A stretch of 64,000 nucleotides of DNA, taken from IMG/VR virus record IMGVR_UViG_3300037067_017075, positions 3,916-67,915 of that record; one strand, 5' to 3'. Made by a program: the position numbers and the translations under genes. The notes beneath the pieces were generated by a model. That model saw only the letters and a program-made list of their open reading frames with translations. It searched no databases and was not told where the DNA came from. Each line of letters opens with the position of its first letter. Position 1 is the stretch's first letter. The DNA comes from a virus. Below are positions 47,898 through 57,556 of this stretch, one piece after another.

Positions 47898-48997
47898 GTT
47901 TCTTTTTCTGTTATTGTAATTACCTTATTATCACCTTCTGGTTTATTATTTCCAGAAATAGTACTTTTAATAGCGTGTGCTTCGATTGTATCTCGAATCA
48001 ATTGAACTGGAAGATTTGTATGTGTCGCTATCTTTCTATAGTCTATTGGTGTACCATATTTTAATTCCGCAACTTGTCCGACAAGACGGGGTTTTTCGAT
48101 TGGTATTTCTATCGGTTCTTTTGTTCTCCAATCATACTTATTTAATTGATAAATCAGATACTTGTATTGTCTTTGCGTTATTACCTCTAACTCTCGCGCC
48201 CTCATCATAATCGCCTGGATAGATACCCTCCAACGTTTTTTCATATCAATAATATTATTCATATTTACAGGACGATCTAATTCTTTGAGCATCGCTTCTT
48301 TAGGCAGGAGAAATTCACTGGCGAAATTATTAGCCTCCTTCTCTACCTTCTTAATATCTCCATTCATAGCTTGATGTAATACTAAATGACCAAGTTCATA
48401 CGCCATACTAAAACGAAGTCTATCTCCCGGGGCAAAACCATTAGTAAGAATTATTATCGGACGTTTTGGCTCATCTCCAACCCATACGGAAAACGCATCA
48501 ATTTTATTTATGTCAGTAGGTAACGCAATTACTAAAACACCATTCTTTTCAATGGTACTTACTAAATTATTAATAGGAGTATCTGGCGATAAGCCAAATG
48601 CCGATCTTGTTTGGATTGCCGCATCTTCGGGTATATCATCAATTCGTGGTAGACGATTTTGAATCTTACTACGAGTATTTCTTTCAAGATGGCTGACAAC
48701 TTCATAGAAGATACGGCTATATTGATATACTCTACTACGCTCCTTTTTAGTAATTGCGGCTCTCGCACGATACAAAAGGGACCCAAGCGGGAATTCTACC
48801 GATGTCGGTTGTTTAAAAAATGCTGGTGGAAACCCAACTTGAAAGGTTATCTTTTGTAGGATTTCATCACCGGGTGTAATTCTTCCCAGTTCGATTTGCA
48901 CAATCTCTGATTGATGAACACCAATCTTCTTTGCAAGTTCGATTTGCGTTAGTCCCCTAAATTCTCGGGCCTGTCTTACCCTATCACCATTAATCAT
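47894..48997 (-). CDS. XRE HTH plus ImmA/IrrE (M78) peptidase domain; HExxH reads YELGH
   Basis: N-terminal RVRQAREFRGLTQ.ELA; DRLRFSMAYELGHLVLH; EKEANNFASEFLLP. Confidence 0.9.
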   Translation of the reverse strand: MINGDRVRQAREFRGLTQIELAKKIGVHQSEIVQIELGRITPGDEILQKITFQVGFPPAFFKQPTSVEFPLGSLLYRARAAITKKERSRVYQYSRIFYEVVSHLERNTRSKIQNRLPRIDDIPEDAAIQTRSAFGLSPDTPINNLVSTIEKNGVLVIALPTDINKIDAFSVWVGDEPKRPIIILTNGFAPGDRLRFSMAYELGHLVLHQAMNGDIKKVEKEANNFASEFLLPKEAMLKELDRPVNMNNIIDMKKRWRVSIQAIMMRARELEVITQRQYKYLIYQLNKYDWRTKEPIEIPIEKPRLVGQVAELKYGTPIDYRKIATHTNLPVQLIRDTIEAHAIKSTISGNNKPEGDNKVITITEKET

Positions 48998-49140
48998 TTT
49001 TTGTTATCCACTTTAACTTCTATTTCCGCATCCAGAAAGATTTCTAAATCCTCTGATTCAAAAGTAGGTACCGTTTCCGTTACAGATTTAATGTTGCTTA
49101 ATTTGCTTTGCGGATTTCTAACATTAAATTCTCCTTGCAA
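48994..49140 (-). pseudogene. 3' remnant of the gene upstream of the XRE-ImmA gene
   Basis: 49-codon frame ending in an ATGA overlap with XRE-ImmA, preceded by an in-frame TAG at 49141-49143. Confidence 0.4.
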
Positions 49141-49283
49141 CTATTGTCCTTCTATGCTAATAATATTAGCAGAATAGGACAATGGCGTCAAGAAAAAAAT
49201 GCAATCAAAAGAAAATACTACGAAAATGGGCAAAAGGAAAGAAAAAGCTTGACATGCTTGAGCGGTCATGTATAATAGATAGT

Positions 49284-50114
49284 ATGAATACTTTAAAACC
49301 CGAAAAGAGAAAACAGGTAGTCGCGGCATTGGTGGAGGGTAACTCCATCCGCGCCACTTGCCGCATGACGGGCGTAGCAAAGAACACGGTGGTCAAGCTA
49401 CTTGTTGATCTCGGGAAAGTCTGCACGGAATACCAGGACAAGGTATTCGTTGATCTCCCCTGCAAGCATATCCAGTGTGACGAGATTTGGGCCTTCTGCT
49501 ACGCGAAAGAGAAAAACGTTCCCGAAGATAAGAAAGGTCATTTTGGGTACGGCGATGTCTGGACGTTCACCGCCATTTGTGCGGATTCTAAGCTCATCCC
49601 CACTTGGCACATTGGCAGGCGTGATGCAGAGAACGCGACACTATTTATGAAGGACCTCGCCGCAAGAATGGCGAATAGAGTACAGCTTACTACAGATGGT
49701 CACGGGATGTATTTGGTAGCCGTTGAAGATGCTTTCGGGTCAGAAGTGGATTTTAGCCAACTCGTCAAGATATATGGTACGCCTCCCGAAGCCGAAAAGA
49801 GATATAGCCCAGCTCAATGTATTGGAGCCGAAAAGCATACGATCAACGGAAATCCTGATCGGGCGAAAGTTTCAACGAGTTATGTTGAGAGACAGAATCT
49901 AACAATGCGTATGAACATGAGACGCTTTACGAGACTGACAAACGCCTTTTCTAAGAAGGTTGAAAACCTTTGGTGCGCGGTAAGCCTTCATTTTATGTAC
50001 TACAATTTCTGCCGTATCCATCAGACCTTGAAAATGACCCCGGCAATGAAGGCGGGTGTTACTGACCATCTTTGGGAAATCGAGGATATTTTAAGTCTTT
50101 TGAATTCAAACTGA
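49284..50114 (+). CDS. IS1-family DDE transposase
   Basis: HTH LVEGNSIRATCRMTGV; IQCDEIW; LTTDG; TSYVERQNLTMRM..RRFTRLTNAFSKK. Confidence 0.92.
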   Translation: MNTLKPEKRKQVVAALVEGNSIRATCRMTGVAKNTVVKLLVDLGKVCTEYQDKVFVDLPCKHIQCDEIWAFCYAKEKNVPEDKKGHFGYGDVWTFTAICADSKLIPTWHIGRRDAENATLFMKDLAARMANRVQLTTDGHGMYLVAVEDAFGSEVDFSQLVKIYGTPPEAEKRYSPAQCIGAEKHTINGNPDRAKVSTSYVERQNLTMRMNMRRFTRLTNAFSKKVENLWCAVSLHFMYYNFCRIHQTLKMTPAMKAGVTDHLWEIEDILSLLNSN

Positions 50115-50593
50115 CCCACTACCGAGATGTACCCGCGCATTAACATGACGTTTCACCAGCTTGACCGCAAGTTGTGGGGTCAGCAAGAGGGAGAACCTGC
50201 CGTCGAGGTTATCGGGACTCCCGGAGGCGGCGGCATGATCCGGCGCGGCCACACGAGCATCGTGTTGTCACCGACGGAGATGATGAACCTCGGTTATTCG
50301 CTCAGTAGAATCGGGGAGGCGAGGAAGGAGTTGATCAATGACTGAGCTGGCTGCTATCAACCGCGCGGGGTGGGAGATAAATGCCTGCTGTGGTTACTGC
50401 GGTACTCCGTTCGACCTGATCCACCCCGAGCCCCGCACGGAGCGGCCGACGCCGCGCTACAATCCTATTTTAACTCTCATAGGGATGTAATTGAGGGATG
50501 GTTTACCATTATCACACCAGTTAATAAACGTCTTGCCGTCCTTAAAGAAGAGATTGAAACGTTGAAAAGCAAGCAATGGCAGGAGATCCACGC

Positions 50594-51196
50594 ATGACAG
50601 CAGGTCGTACATTAAAAACACTAAGCCAAGAATGGGGTACTCCCGAAAAGTACGTTAATGCTGTGCGTGAGTTCTTCGGGGGGAACATTGACCTTGACCC
50701 CTGTTCTAATGAATACTCCATTGTACATGCGAAAAATGAATATCAACTTCCAAAGCATGACGGGCTCAGGGAGAGTTGGAATTTTCCTACTATCTACATA
50801 AATCCACCATATGGGATTGATAAAGAACGAGGTACATCAATTAAACAATGGCTTAAAAGGTGTGAGGCGGCAAACAGAGAATACAAATCAGAAGTCCTTG
50901 CGCTTGTACCCGTAGCAACTAATACGGGACACTGGAAAAATTATGTTTTTGGTAAAGCTACAGGTGTTTGTTTCCTTTATGACACCCGACTAAAGTTTCT
51001 TGTAAATGGACAAAATGGTGGGAAAGGTGCCCCAATGTCATGTGCTATGATCTATTGGGGAAAGGACTTCGACAAATTCATGACAGTTTTTAGTAAGTTC
51101 GGTGCTGTTGTTGATCTTCGCCCATTGAAGGGAAAAGAGTTTGGTGAACGATCTGAAAACGATCAATTAGCTTTAATACCTACTACCGAAAAATAA
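50594..51196 (+). CDS. Phage Dam-like DNA N6-adenine methyltransferase
   Basis: EWGTP, IDLDPCS, DGL..SW, INPPYG, RLKF. Confidence 0.88.
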   Translation: MTAGRTLKTLSQEWGTPEKYVNAVREFFGGNIDLDPCSNEYSIVHAKNEYQLPKHDGLRESWNFPTIYINPPYGIDKERGTSIKQWLKRCEAANREYKSEVLALVPVATNTGHWKNYVFGKATGVCFLYDTRLKFLVNGQNGGKGAPMSCAMIYWGKDFDKFMTVFSKFGAVVDLRPLKGKEFGERSENDQLALIPTTEK

Positions 51197-51509
51197 CCTT
51201 ATACATTAACTCGGTCGTGTCAAGTATATAATCGCCTAATTTATGCACAATCCATTAATCCCCGGTAGTTTTGACCCGACCCGTGATATTGCCGCGATAG
51301 AACGCGCATATGATTTTTACAGGAAAATACAGAACGACAGACGGCTTGCGGAGAGAGCAGACCGGCAGGATGCAGCGATAGCAGCATTGGTCACGGCAGT
51401 GCAGGATCTGCACCGACTCATTGTGTTGCATCTTGCCGATGTTCCCATGAGCGATATTACGAAAGCACAATACAAAAAGTTGGCAAAAGAATTACAAGAG
51501 AGGTGATCC

Positions 51510-52097
51510 ATGGATCTCTTTGAAACCGAATACGCCAAAGCCTGTGCGCAGGAGTCCGACATCAACGAGCACTTGCCCTACCTCCACGGGCTGGCCATCA
51601 ACCGCCTGCATGTGACGGAGTTCGGCGTCCGACAGGGGACGAGCACCCGGGCTTTCATGGCGGCCCGTCCGAAGCGATTGGTTTCCTACGACCTGGTGTT
51701 GGACCCGGTTGTGGGTGCGTTGTTCGAGCGGGCGGTGCTGGAGGGTCACAACTACGCCTACCGCCAGGCCAACGTCCTGGATATCGAAATCGAAGAAACC
51801 GATATCCTGTTCATCGACACGTTCCACACCGGTCGGCAGGTGACCGCGGAGCTGGCTCGGCACGGTGGTAAGGTGCGGGACTATATCATTTTCCACGACG
51901 TGGAGACGTTCGGGTGGGTCGGGGAGGACGGGTCGGAAGGGATACTGCGGCCAATTATTGCCTTCATGGCCGCCGACCACGATTGGACGGTCTTCCACTA
52001 CGACCGGGCCAACAACGGGCTGTTGACGATCGCCCGGGGGGCGTCGACGGCGTTGATGAAAAGAGATACATCGACGCGCAGCCAAATATCTAAATAA
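51510..52097 (+). CDS. Class I SAM methyltransferase (Methyltransf_24-like)
   Basis: SDINEHL, TEFGVRQGTST, DILFIDTFH, YIIFHD. Confidence 0.85.
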   Translation: MDLFETEYAKACAQESDINEHLPYLHGLAINRLHVTEFGVRQGTSTRAFMAARPKRLVSYDLVLDPVVGALFERAVLEGHNYAYRQANVLDIEIEETDILFIDTFHTGRQVTAELARHGGKVRDYIIFHDVETFGWVGEDGSEGILRPIIAFMAADHDWTVFHYDRANNGLLTIARGASTALMKRDTSTRSQISK

Positions 52098-52115
52098 CAT
52101 CACATAGGTATGCCC

Positions 52116-52709
52116 TCAAGCATCCATCGACGGCAGATCTGCCTTCCGCTGGCCCTGCCCTATCCAGTACGTCCCGTCGCCCGTCCGGTGGGGTGTCACC
52201 CGCAGCTCGTCGAACAACGGCCCATACCGCTCCATGACCTGCCCGATATCGGTGAAGTGCCGCACGTGCGACGCGCAGTCAAAATTCGGCACGTCGAACA
52301 CCACGAACGTGCCGGGCACGATGTGGCCGAAGACCGCCAGGTCGTTCTCGAGGTGTTCCAGCACCTCCATGGCCACCACGACATCCGCACGGCCCAGCGC
52401 ATCTTCCGTAAACTCGGAAAATATATCGGCGCAGAAAAACAGGCATTCCGGAGCGTAGAGCGCCGCCTGGTCGATGAGCCGGTCGGCAAAGTCGATGCCG
52501 AGGTAGCCGGTCCACCCCCGGTCGGCCAGCACCCGGGCCAGCCGCCCCGTCCCGCAGCCCAGCTCCACGATCAACCGGCCGTCCGGCTCTCCGAGGCTGT
52601 CCGCCACGGCGGCGTACAACGTCCGCCAGGGGGAGGTCTCCAGCGGCCGGGATATCAGGTCGTGGTTGGCAGGGTCGTTGTAGTAGTCGACACCTTTCAA
52701 TTCACCCAT
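52116..52709 (-). CDS. Class I SAM methyltransferase
   Basis: IVELGCGTG, YLGIDF, EVLEHL; start MGELKG at 52709. Confidence 0.85.
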   Translation of the reverse strand: MGELKGVDYYNDPANHDLISRPLETSPWRTLYAAVADSLGEPDGRLIVELGCGTGRLARVLADRGWTGYLGIDFADRLIDQAALYAPECLFFCADIFSEFTEDALGRADVVVAMEVLEHLENDLAVFGHIVPGTFVVFDVPNFDCASHVRHFTDIGQVMERYGPLFDELRVTPHRTGDGTYWIGQGQRKADLPSMDA

Positions 52710-53365
52710 CAGCGTCTCCTTGCGGGCACGCCCATGACCCGCTGTCCCGGTCCCACGTTGCGGGTTACCACCGCGTTTGCGCCGACGACCGCGCCGCGGG
52801 CGATCCTCACCCCGGGGTGGATCCGGGCCCCGTGGCCGATGCGGACGCCTTGTTCGACCGTCGCCCCGACGTAGTTGTCCTTCGGCCTGTCGGACCGGCC
52901 CATGTCGTTGTCGTTGCAGAAGCTCACCATCATGCCGATAAAGCAGCTGTCGCCCACCACCATGCGGCCGGTCATGTGGGCGTTGTCCATGATCCGGACG
53001 CGGTCGCCGATCCGGGTGTTTCGGTTGACGGTCACCCCCTGGGCGATCAGGCAGTCCCGCCCGATCGTCACGTCCTCCCGCACGCAGGCGGTGTCGCAGA
53101 CCATCGTGTTTTCGCCGATATGGCTGCCGGTATAAAGCACCGCGCCGGCTCCGATGATGCACCCGTCCTCGATAATCAGCGGGCCGTATTCCCAATAGTT
53201 CGTCAAGTGAGCGGCTCCGGAGCTCATCGGCGGTCGGCCCAACACGGCAAACGGCATAACGGTGACGCCGCGGCCGATGACTACGTTCGGATAGACCACG
53301 CAGATCTGCCGGCATCGAATCAGCCCGCGCACAAGACATAAAAGATTGTTAATTAACGCACCCAC
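52709..53365 (-). CDS. Hexapeptide-repeat acetyltransferase (sugar N-acetyltransferase-like)
   Basis: Left-handed beta-helix repeats, FCND, VGANAVVTRNV...GVPAR. Confidence 0.85.
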   Translation of the reverse strand: MGALINNLLCLVRGLIRCRQICVVYPNVVIGRGVTVMPFAVLGRPPMSSGAAHLTNYWEYGPLIIEDGCIIGAGAVLYTGSHIGENTMVCDTACVREDVTIGRDCLIAQGVTVNRNTRIGDRVRIMDNAHMTGRMVVGDSCFIGMMVSFCNDNDMGRSDRPKDNYVGATVEQGVRIGHGARIHPGVRIARGAVVGANAVVTRNVGPGQRVMGVPARRR

Positions 53366-53375
53366 CGCTTACCTC

Positions 53376-54137
53376 TCAAATGCCAGGATAGATGTCGCTA
53401 AACCTAAACAGTCCACTCTCCGGAGCGATGAAGTTATACGGCTTTGTCAAATCTATATGCCCGTAGTGCGTGTGCCAGCCGCGTTTGATTTCTTCGGGGT
53501 TGTAGCGGGCTCGCCGCTCACAGATCTTTCGCTCACCCTGCTGCTGGCTCCGCAGCGGCCAGTGCTTGTAGATGAATGGCGTGGGATATACCCTCATGCT
53601 TGGGATCGTTACCCGGTGGGCCGCGGTCGTCGCAATGTCGATGCTGACGCCCCTCGGCTGTATGAATATCCGGTGCACCGGGTGCCCGTAGTGGGCCACG
53701 CCGTGGGTGAAGAACGTCTCCGGGTCCATCCCGCGGCAAAACCCGTCTACCGTCGGCACAAAGTTGAATACCGCCGTGTCGATGAAGTTGTAGCCCTCCG
53801 CCCTGACGCGCCAGAGCGCATCCACCAGCCGAACTCCGGGCCACGGGCTGCACAGCAGGTCGTCGGACCCGGTGGGGATTATCCACCAATCAGGATGATT
53901 TAGTGCTATCGCCTCGATGCGGCGGAGCTGACCGGCAAAGTCCCATTTTTCTCCCGGCATTGCTGGCCACCGCTCGAGTGCAACGCCATCCTTAAACGCC
54001 CCAAGAGCCTCCCAGGTGCCGTCGGTGGACCAATCGTCGAGGACGTGGACATTAACTCCCCCCGCCAGCCACTTTTTTACCGTCTGTTCTATAATGTCAA
54101 TCTCGTCGCGCACAATCAGGCAGGCCAACATCTTCAT
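53376..54137 (-). CDS. Glycosyltransferase family 2 (GT-A)
   Basis: VRDEIDII, VLDDWSTDGT, WII...SDD, H..LRS. Confidence 0.85.
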   Translation of the reverse strand: MKMLACLIVRDEIDIIEQTVKKWLAGGVNVHVLDDWSTDGTWEALGAFKDGVALERWPAMPGEKWDFAGQLRRIEAIALNHPDWWIIPTGSDDLLCSPWPGVRLVDALWRVRAEGYNFIDTAVFNFVPTVDGFCRGMDPETFFTHGVAHYGHPVHRIFIQPRGVSIDIATTAAHRVTIPSMRVYPTPFIYKHWPLRSQQQGERKICERRARYNPEEIKRGWHTHYGHIDLTKPYNFIAPESGLFRFSDIYPGI

Positions 54138-54979
54138 CTGACCTCCTTTGCCGGGTTTCCGGCTACCGTTTTTCCGTCCGGAACGTCTTTCAGTACCACC
54201 GCCCCCATGCCGATAGTCACGTTGTCTCCGATGGTGATGTTGTCCTTGATCATCGCTCCGATGCCTATCCAGCAGCCTCGGCCGATATGTGCGCTCCCGC
54301 CGACCACCGTATGGGCGATGAGTATGGTGTTATCCCCAATAACCGCATTGTGCGCCACGTGGACGTGATGGTCTATTTTGACGCCGTTTCCGATGATAGT
54401 GTCGGACAGCACCCCGCGGTCGATATTGGCAAACGGATAGATATCCACGTCGTTGCCGATGACAACGCCGCCGAGGTGCGGGAAGTGGGCCCACCGGCCG
54501 TCGGGGTCGCGGACATAGTTGAACCCGGGCTGGCCGATTGAGACGTGGTTATGGATGGTTACGTTTTTGCCGATAGTGGCGATCGAAGCGACCACGGAAT
54601 AAAACCCGATGGATACCGTCTGTTTTGGCGATGGAACGCCCGGTACGTTGAATATAGGAAACGGGCAATCGACCATGTTTTCGTCGTAGTCTGGCGCGAA
54701 GAACTCGCGGAGAACGCGGACGAAAGACAACTTCGGGTCGGCGCAGAGGACCATCGACGGTCCCGCTGTACCCTCGGCTACTTCCAGGATGTCATGCGCG
54801 ACAACGGCGCCGGCCTTTGTGGCCAGCACACGGGAGAGGTCGATAAGGTTCTTGCCCGAGCAAAACGAGAGATCGGCCGGCCCCGAGCCGTCCAGCGGCC
54901 CGATGCCGGTTATCTCCACGTCCGGTCCGACGAGCCGGTGGCCCGGGCCGAGGAACGCGACGATGTCTGATAACTTCAT
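54134..54979 (-). CDS. LpxD-like acyltransferase
   Basis: LSFC...DP.LSF N-terminal domain, PGFNY, PHLGGVVIG, IDRG.LSDT, KID..VHVAHN, AGNPAK. Confidence 0.88.
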   Translation of the reverse strand: MKLSDIVAFLGPGHRLVGPDVEITGIGPLDGSGPADLSFCSGKNLIDLSRVLATKAGAVVAHDILEVAEGTAGPSMVLCADPKLSFVRVLREFFAPDYDENMVDCPFPIFNVPGVPSPKQTVSIGFYSVVASIATIGKNVTIHNHVSIGQPGFNYVRDPDGRWAHFPHLGGVVIGNDVDIYPFANIDRGVLSDTIIGNGVKIDHHVHVAHNAVIGDNTILIAHTVVGGSAHIGRGCWIGIGAMIKDNITIGDNVTIGMGAVVLKDVPDGKTVAGNPAKEVR

Positions 54980-54980
54980 T

Positions 54981-55376
54981 CTATTTCCTATTCTCAAAAT
55001 ATACGGCCCCGCCGCCGCCAAGGATTCCGCCCACCAGCATTCCCCAGCCGAACCAGGTCATCTTCTTCCAGAACGTCATCGGCGGGTGCTTGGCAAGGTA
55101 GTCGAGGGCCTTCGGAATCACCTTTTCCTCGTAGGCTCTCACCCGGATCGAGTCGTTGAGGGCCTTATCGCCGTACGGCCGCTTGACGATGTAGGTGTCG
55201 TCTGCGGCGTTGTAACGCACGGCATCAGGATCGGCCGGCTCGGCCGACAACTCCTTGATGACCTCGTCAACCTGGTCCTCGGTGATGGTGAAAGACAGGG
55301 TGGCGCAGCCCATCGGGCCGATCAGCCAGAAGCAGATCAGCGCGACGGCTATCCAGGCGCGGATGTTTTGTTTCAT
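54981..55376 (-). CDS. Lipoprotein-like lysis accessory (spanin-like)
   Basis: Signal peptide ending PMGC and a C-terminal hydrophobic segment; within the lysis cluster. Confidence 0.5.
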   Translation of the reverse strand: MKQNIRAWIAVALICFWLIGPMGCATLSFTITEDQVDEVIKELSAEPADPDAVRYNAADDTYIVKRPYGDKALNDSIRVRAYEEKVIPKALDYLAKHPPMTFWKKMTWFGWGMLVGGILGGGGAVYFENRK

Positions 55377-55642
55377 CACGGCCTCCACGCGTTGGACATC
55401 ACGGCGGTCCGCTGATCGGTCGTGAGCTCGGCGATCTTCGGCCCGATGTATTCCTTTTCCATCACCACCCTGCCGGTGGAAAAATCCTGGTTGTACTTGG
55501 CCGATGCCGCGCGGCCCGCCGCCGCGTTGAACCGGCACGACTGCACCATTCCGAAAACGACCGCAACGGCCAGCAGCGCCGCCAGCGCGACGATAATCCA
55601 GCGCTCAAGCGTCAGCTTCGCAATGAGTGTTTTTACGTCCAT
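55376..55642 (-). CDS. Membrane-anchored lysis accessory (i-spanin-like)
   Basis: N-terminal TM; coupled to neighbouring genes. Confidence 0.45.
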   Translation of the reverse strand: MDVKTLIAKLTLERWIIVALAALLAVAVVFGMVQSCRFNAAAGRAASAKYNQDFSTGRVVMEKEYIGPKIAELTTDQRTAVMSNAWRP

Positions 55643-55643
55643 C

Positions 55644-55910
55644 CTATCCTCCGTTCGACGGCTTGCCGCCGTTCCTGCCCCGTAGGTAGTCGAGGGCCAC
55701 GTTTGCGCCCATGTACGCGCACAACAGCAACAGGTAGTTGAGGGAGATCTCCCCCTTCCAGACGTAGACCCCGCTGCCGATGATCAGGGCGATGAACTTG
55801 CGCCCGCCGATCCCCTGCCAGAGCTTGATATACCAGGGCTGGCAGGCGGTTAATAGCGCCACGGGCGCCTGTGTCGTGTCGACACGGATTCTATCCGGTT
55901 TTTCAGCCAT
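55644..55910 (-). CDS. Holin (putative)
   Basis: GRKFIA, two TM segments, YMGANV motif; downstream of the endolysin. Confidence 0.65.
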   Translation of the reverse strand: MAEKPDRIRVDTTQAPVALLTACQPWYIKLWQGIGGRKFIALIIGSGVYVWKGEISLNYLLLLCAYMGANVALDYLRGRNGGKPSNGG

Positions 55911-56024
55911 ATTTGACCTCGTCATAGCCTCCAGGAGCGGTCATGTGTGCGCTCCCCTGCCCCTGCTATTGGTTTATGCCGTCCGGCCCGCTCTGGCCCG
56001 CACCGGCGGTGTTCGGGCGGTTTT

Positions 56025-56513
56025 TTACCACTCTCCAGCCACGATCCAGTGCTTGACCATGTCAGGATGGTTCTTGTACGGATGACGGAAGGCGAAGTCG
56101 AGATGGACCCACTTCGAGTACTGCATCCATCCGATCCGAATGTTCGGGTAGATCTTCCGGATCTCGTTGCGCATCCCCCGGGGAGAGGCAAAATACCCAA
56201 CGATCGATATATCGACCGCGTAGCTCCTGCGGTCGTTGCCGATCTGCGCGAGCAGCGTCGGGACGTGCGGCGATGCTTCTGCCCCCCCCTCCGCCCGGTT
56301 GTGACGCTGACAGCGGACCCCGCTGGTGATCAGCAGCGGCCGGCCACCAAAATGTGCGCGGAGATACTCCACGACGTCCAGGATGTCCGGGTCGATGACC
56401 GCGAGCACCTGCTCCAGGGTCTTGTATGGACAGTCGGAATAGCGGCAGCGGCACGCAACCTCGTAGAGGTAGATGTGCGGCCACCTTTTTGCATCGAGAA
56501 GATCGTTGCTCAT
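56025..56513 (-). CDS. Endolysin, peptidase M15A
   Basis: EVACRC, ITSGVRC..HN...GG...SPH, AVDI, WVHLD. Confidence 0.9.
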   Translation of the reverse strand: MSNDLLDAKRWPHIYLYEVACRCRYSDCPYKTLEQVLAVIDPDILDVVEYLRAHFGGRPLLITSGVRCQRHNRAEGGAEASPHVPTLLAQIGNDRRSYAVDISIVGYFASPRGMRNEIRKIYPNIRIGWMQYSKWVHLDFAFRHPYKNHPDMVKHWIVAGEW

Positions 56514-56800
56514 CCAAGATACCTCCCTAAGATAAAACCGACTCCGGTACAGACGGCGCTCGTCGCTCCCATATATACCCATATCCGGTCCTTGAGCGCA
56601 AACAGCGACGTAAACCGCTTCTCGTTGAACTCACAGACCTTCGAGCATTGTCCTTCCGATGCGCTCACCCGTATCTCGAGCGCCCGCATCCCGCCGTTGA
56701 TCCGCTGGACTCCGGCTTTTGTTTCCGTAATATCGGAGGCCATGTTCTTGATCTCGTTGAGCACCACCGCAAGCGTCACTTCTTCCTTTTTTGCCGCCAT
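56510..56800 (-). CDS. Coiled-coil protein with a C-terminal TM (holin/antiholin-like)
   Basis: Heptad repeats followed by a hydrophobic tail; ATGA-coupled to the endolysin. Confidence 0.55.
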   Translation of the reverse strand: MAAKKEEVTLAVVLNEIKNMASDITETKAGVQRINGGMRALEIRVSASEGQCSKVCEFNEKRFTSLFALKDRIWVYMGATSAVCTGVGFILGRYLG

Positions 56801-56824
56801 CCCATACCCTCCGATATCGTTACA

Positions 56825-56900
56825 AGCCAGCCCCGCGCTACTGCGTGGGGGTGGCCCGTGTTCACCCAATTGAAGCCTGCTTCAATCGGAAGTGTTCCTA
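56825..56900 (-). repeat. Family C two-hairpin element starting at a TAG
   Basis: TAG GAACACTT CCGATTGAAG CAGG CTTCAATTGG GTGAA CACG GGCC A CCCCCACGCAG TAGCGCGGGG CT GGCT. Confidence 0.85.
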
Positions 56901-57547
56901 CCCGTAAAACACCGTCGGCTCCACCCACTTGCGCCCCGACCGCCCGACTATCTCCAGCGTCCCGCGCCGGGTCCGCCGCACCAGCGCCACCACCGTGCCC
57001 TCATATATCGGGTCGGACGACGAGCCGGCAAGGTTGACCGTCAACCCGCTTTCCAGCAGCACGGCGTAGGTCCCGTCCTCGTTGACGGCCGTGACCTTGC
57101 CGACCGGATCCCGCGGGTAGTCCTCCTGCCGGACGATTTTTCTGACTGTGCGGATTCCTATCGGCACCGCTTTTCTCCAAAAAATAAAGGCCGCCGCGTT
57201 CGCCGCCCTATCGAACGGCTTCGATCAAAGAGTTATTCGAACCTGCGGCACGTCTCGAGCGTCATTCTGGTCAGCATCGAATCCGGCAGCACCACGTGCG
57301 TCAGCGACCGGCAGACCGCCGAACAGCAGATCCCCACCCGCGGGTTGTCCAGCTCGTGGACGTCGCCCTCGGCATAGGAAAAATCTATCGGAACCGTCAG
57401 CGACCTGACCTTCCTGAACAGCCACTGCGGGTAGAGCTCCGCCAGTCCCCGGCGGTGGGCGATCGCCGCCGAAAGGATCAGCGGGTCGGAAACCGCCCGC
57501 ATCGTCCTTGTCCCGTCTCCGAGCGTTACCCTCTCCGATATGGCCAT
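56898..57547 (-). CDS. Two small tail-associated genes (56898-57167 OB-fold-like; 57233-57547)
   Basis: GKVTAVNEDGTYAV OB-like pattern; located in the tail module. Confidence 0.5.
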
Positions 57548-57556
57548 GCATTCCCC

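Larger units (their letters stand above)
46709..50123 (+). mobile_element. IS1-family cargo-carrying (transporter-type) insertion element, 3415 bp
   Basis: Perfect 18 bp terminal inverted repeats GGTAGTGGGTCAGTTTGA (46709-46726) and TCAAACTGACCCACTACC (50106-50123); low GC; DDE transposase at the right end. Confidence 0.9.

Noticed and set aside
52116-53339. 407 aa ORF as a single protein
   Set aside because: The N-terminal half is an off-frame reading of the acetyltransferase; the real MTase starts at 52709 with an AGGAG RBS.
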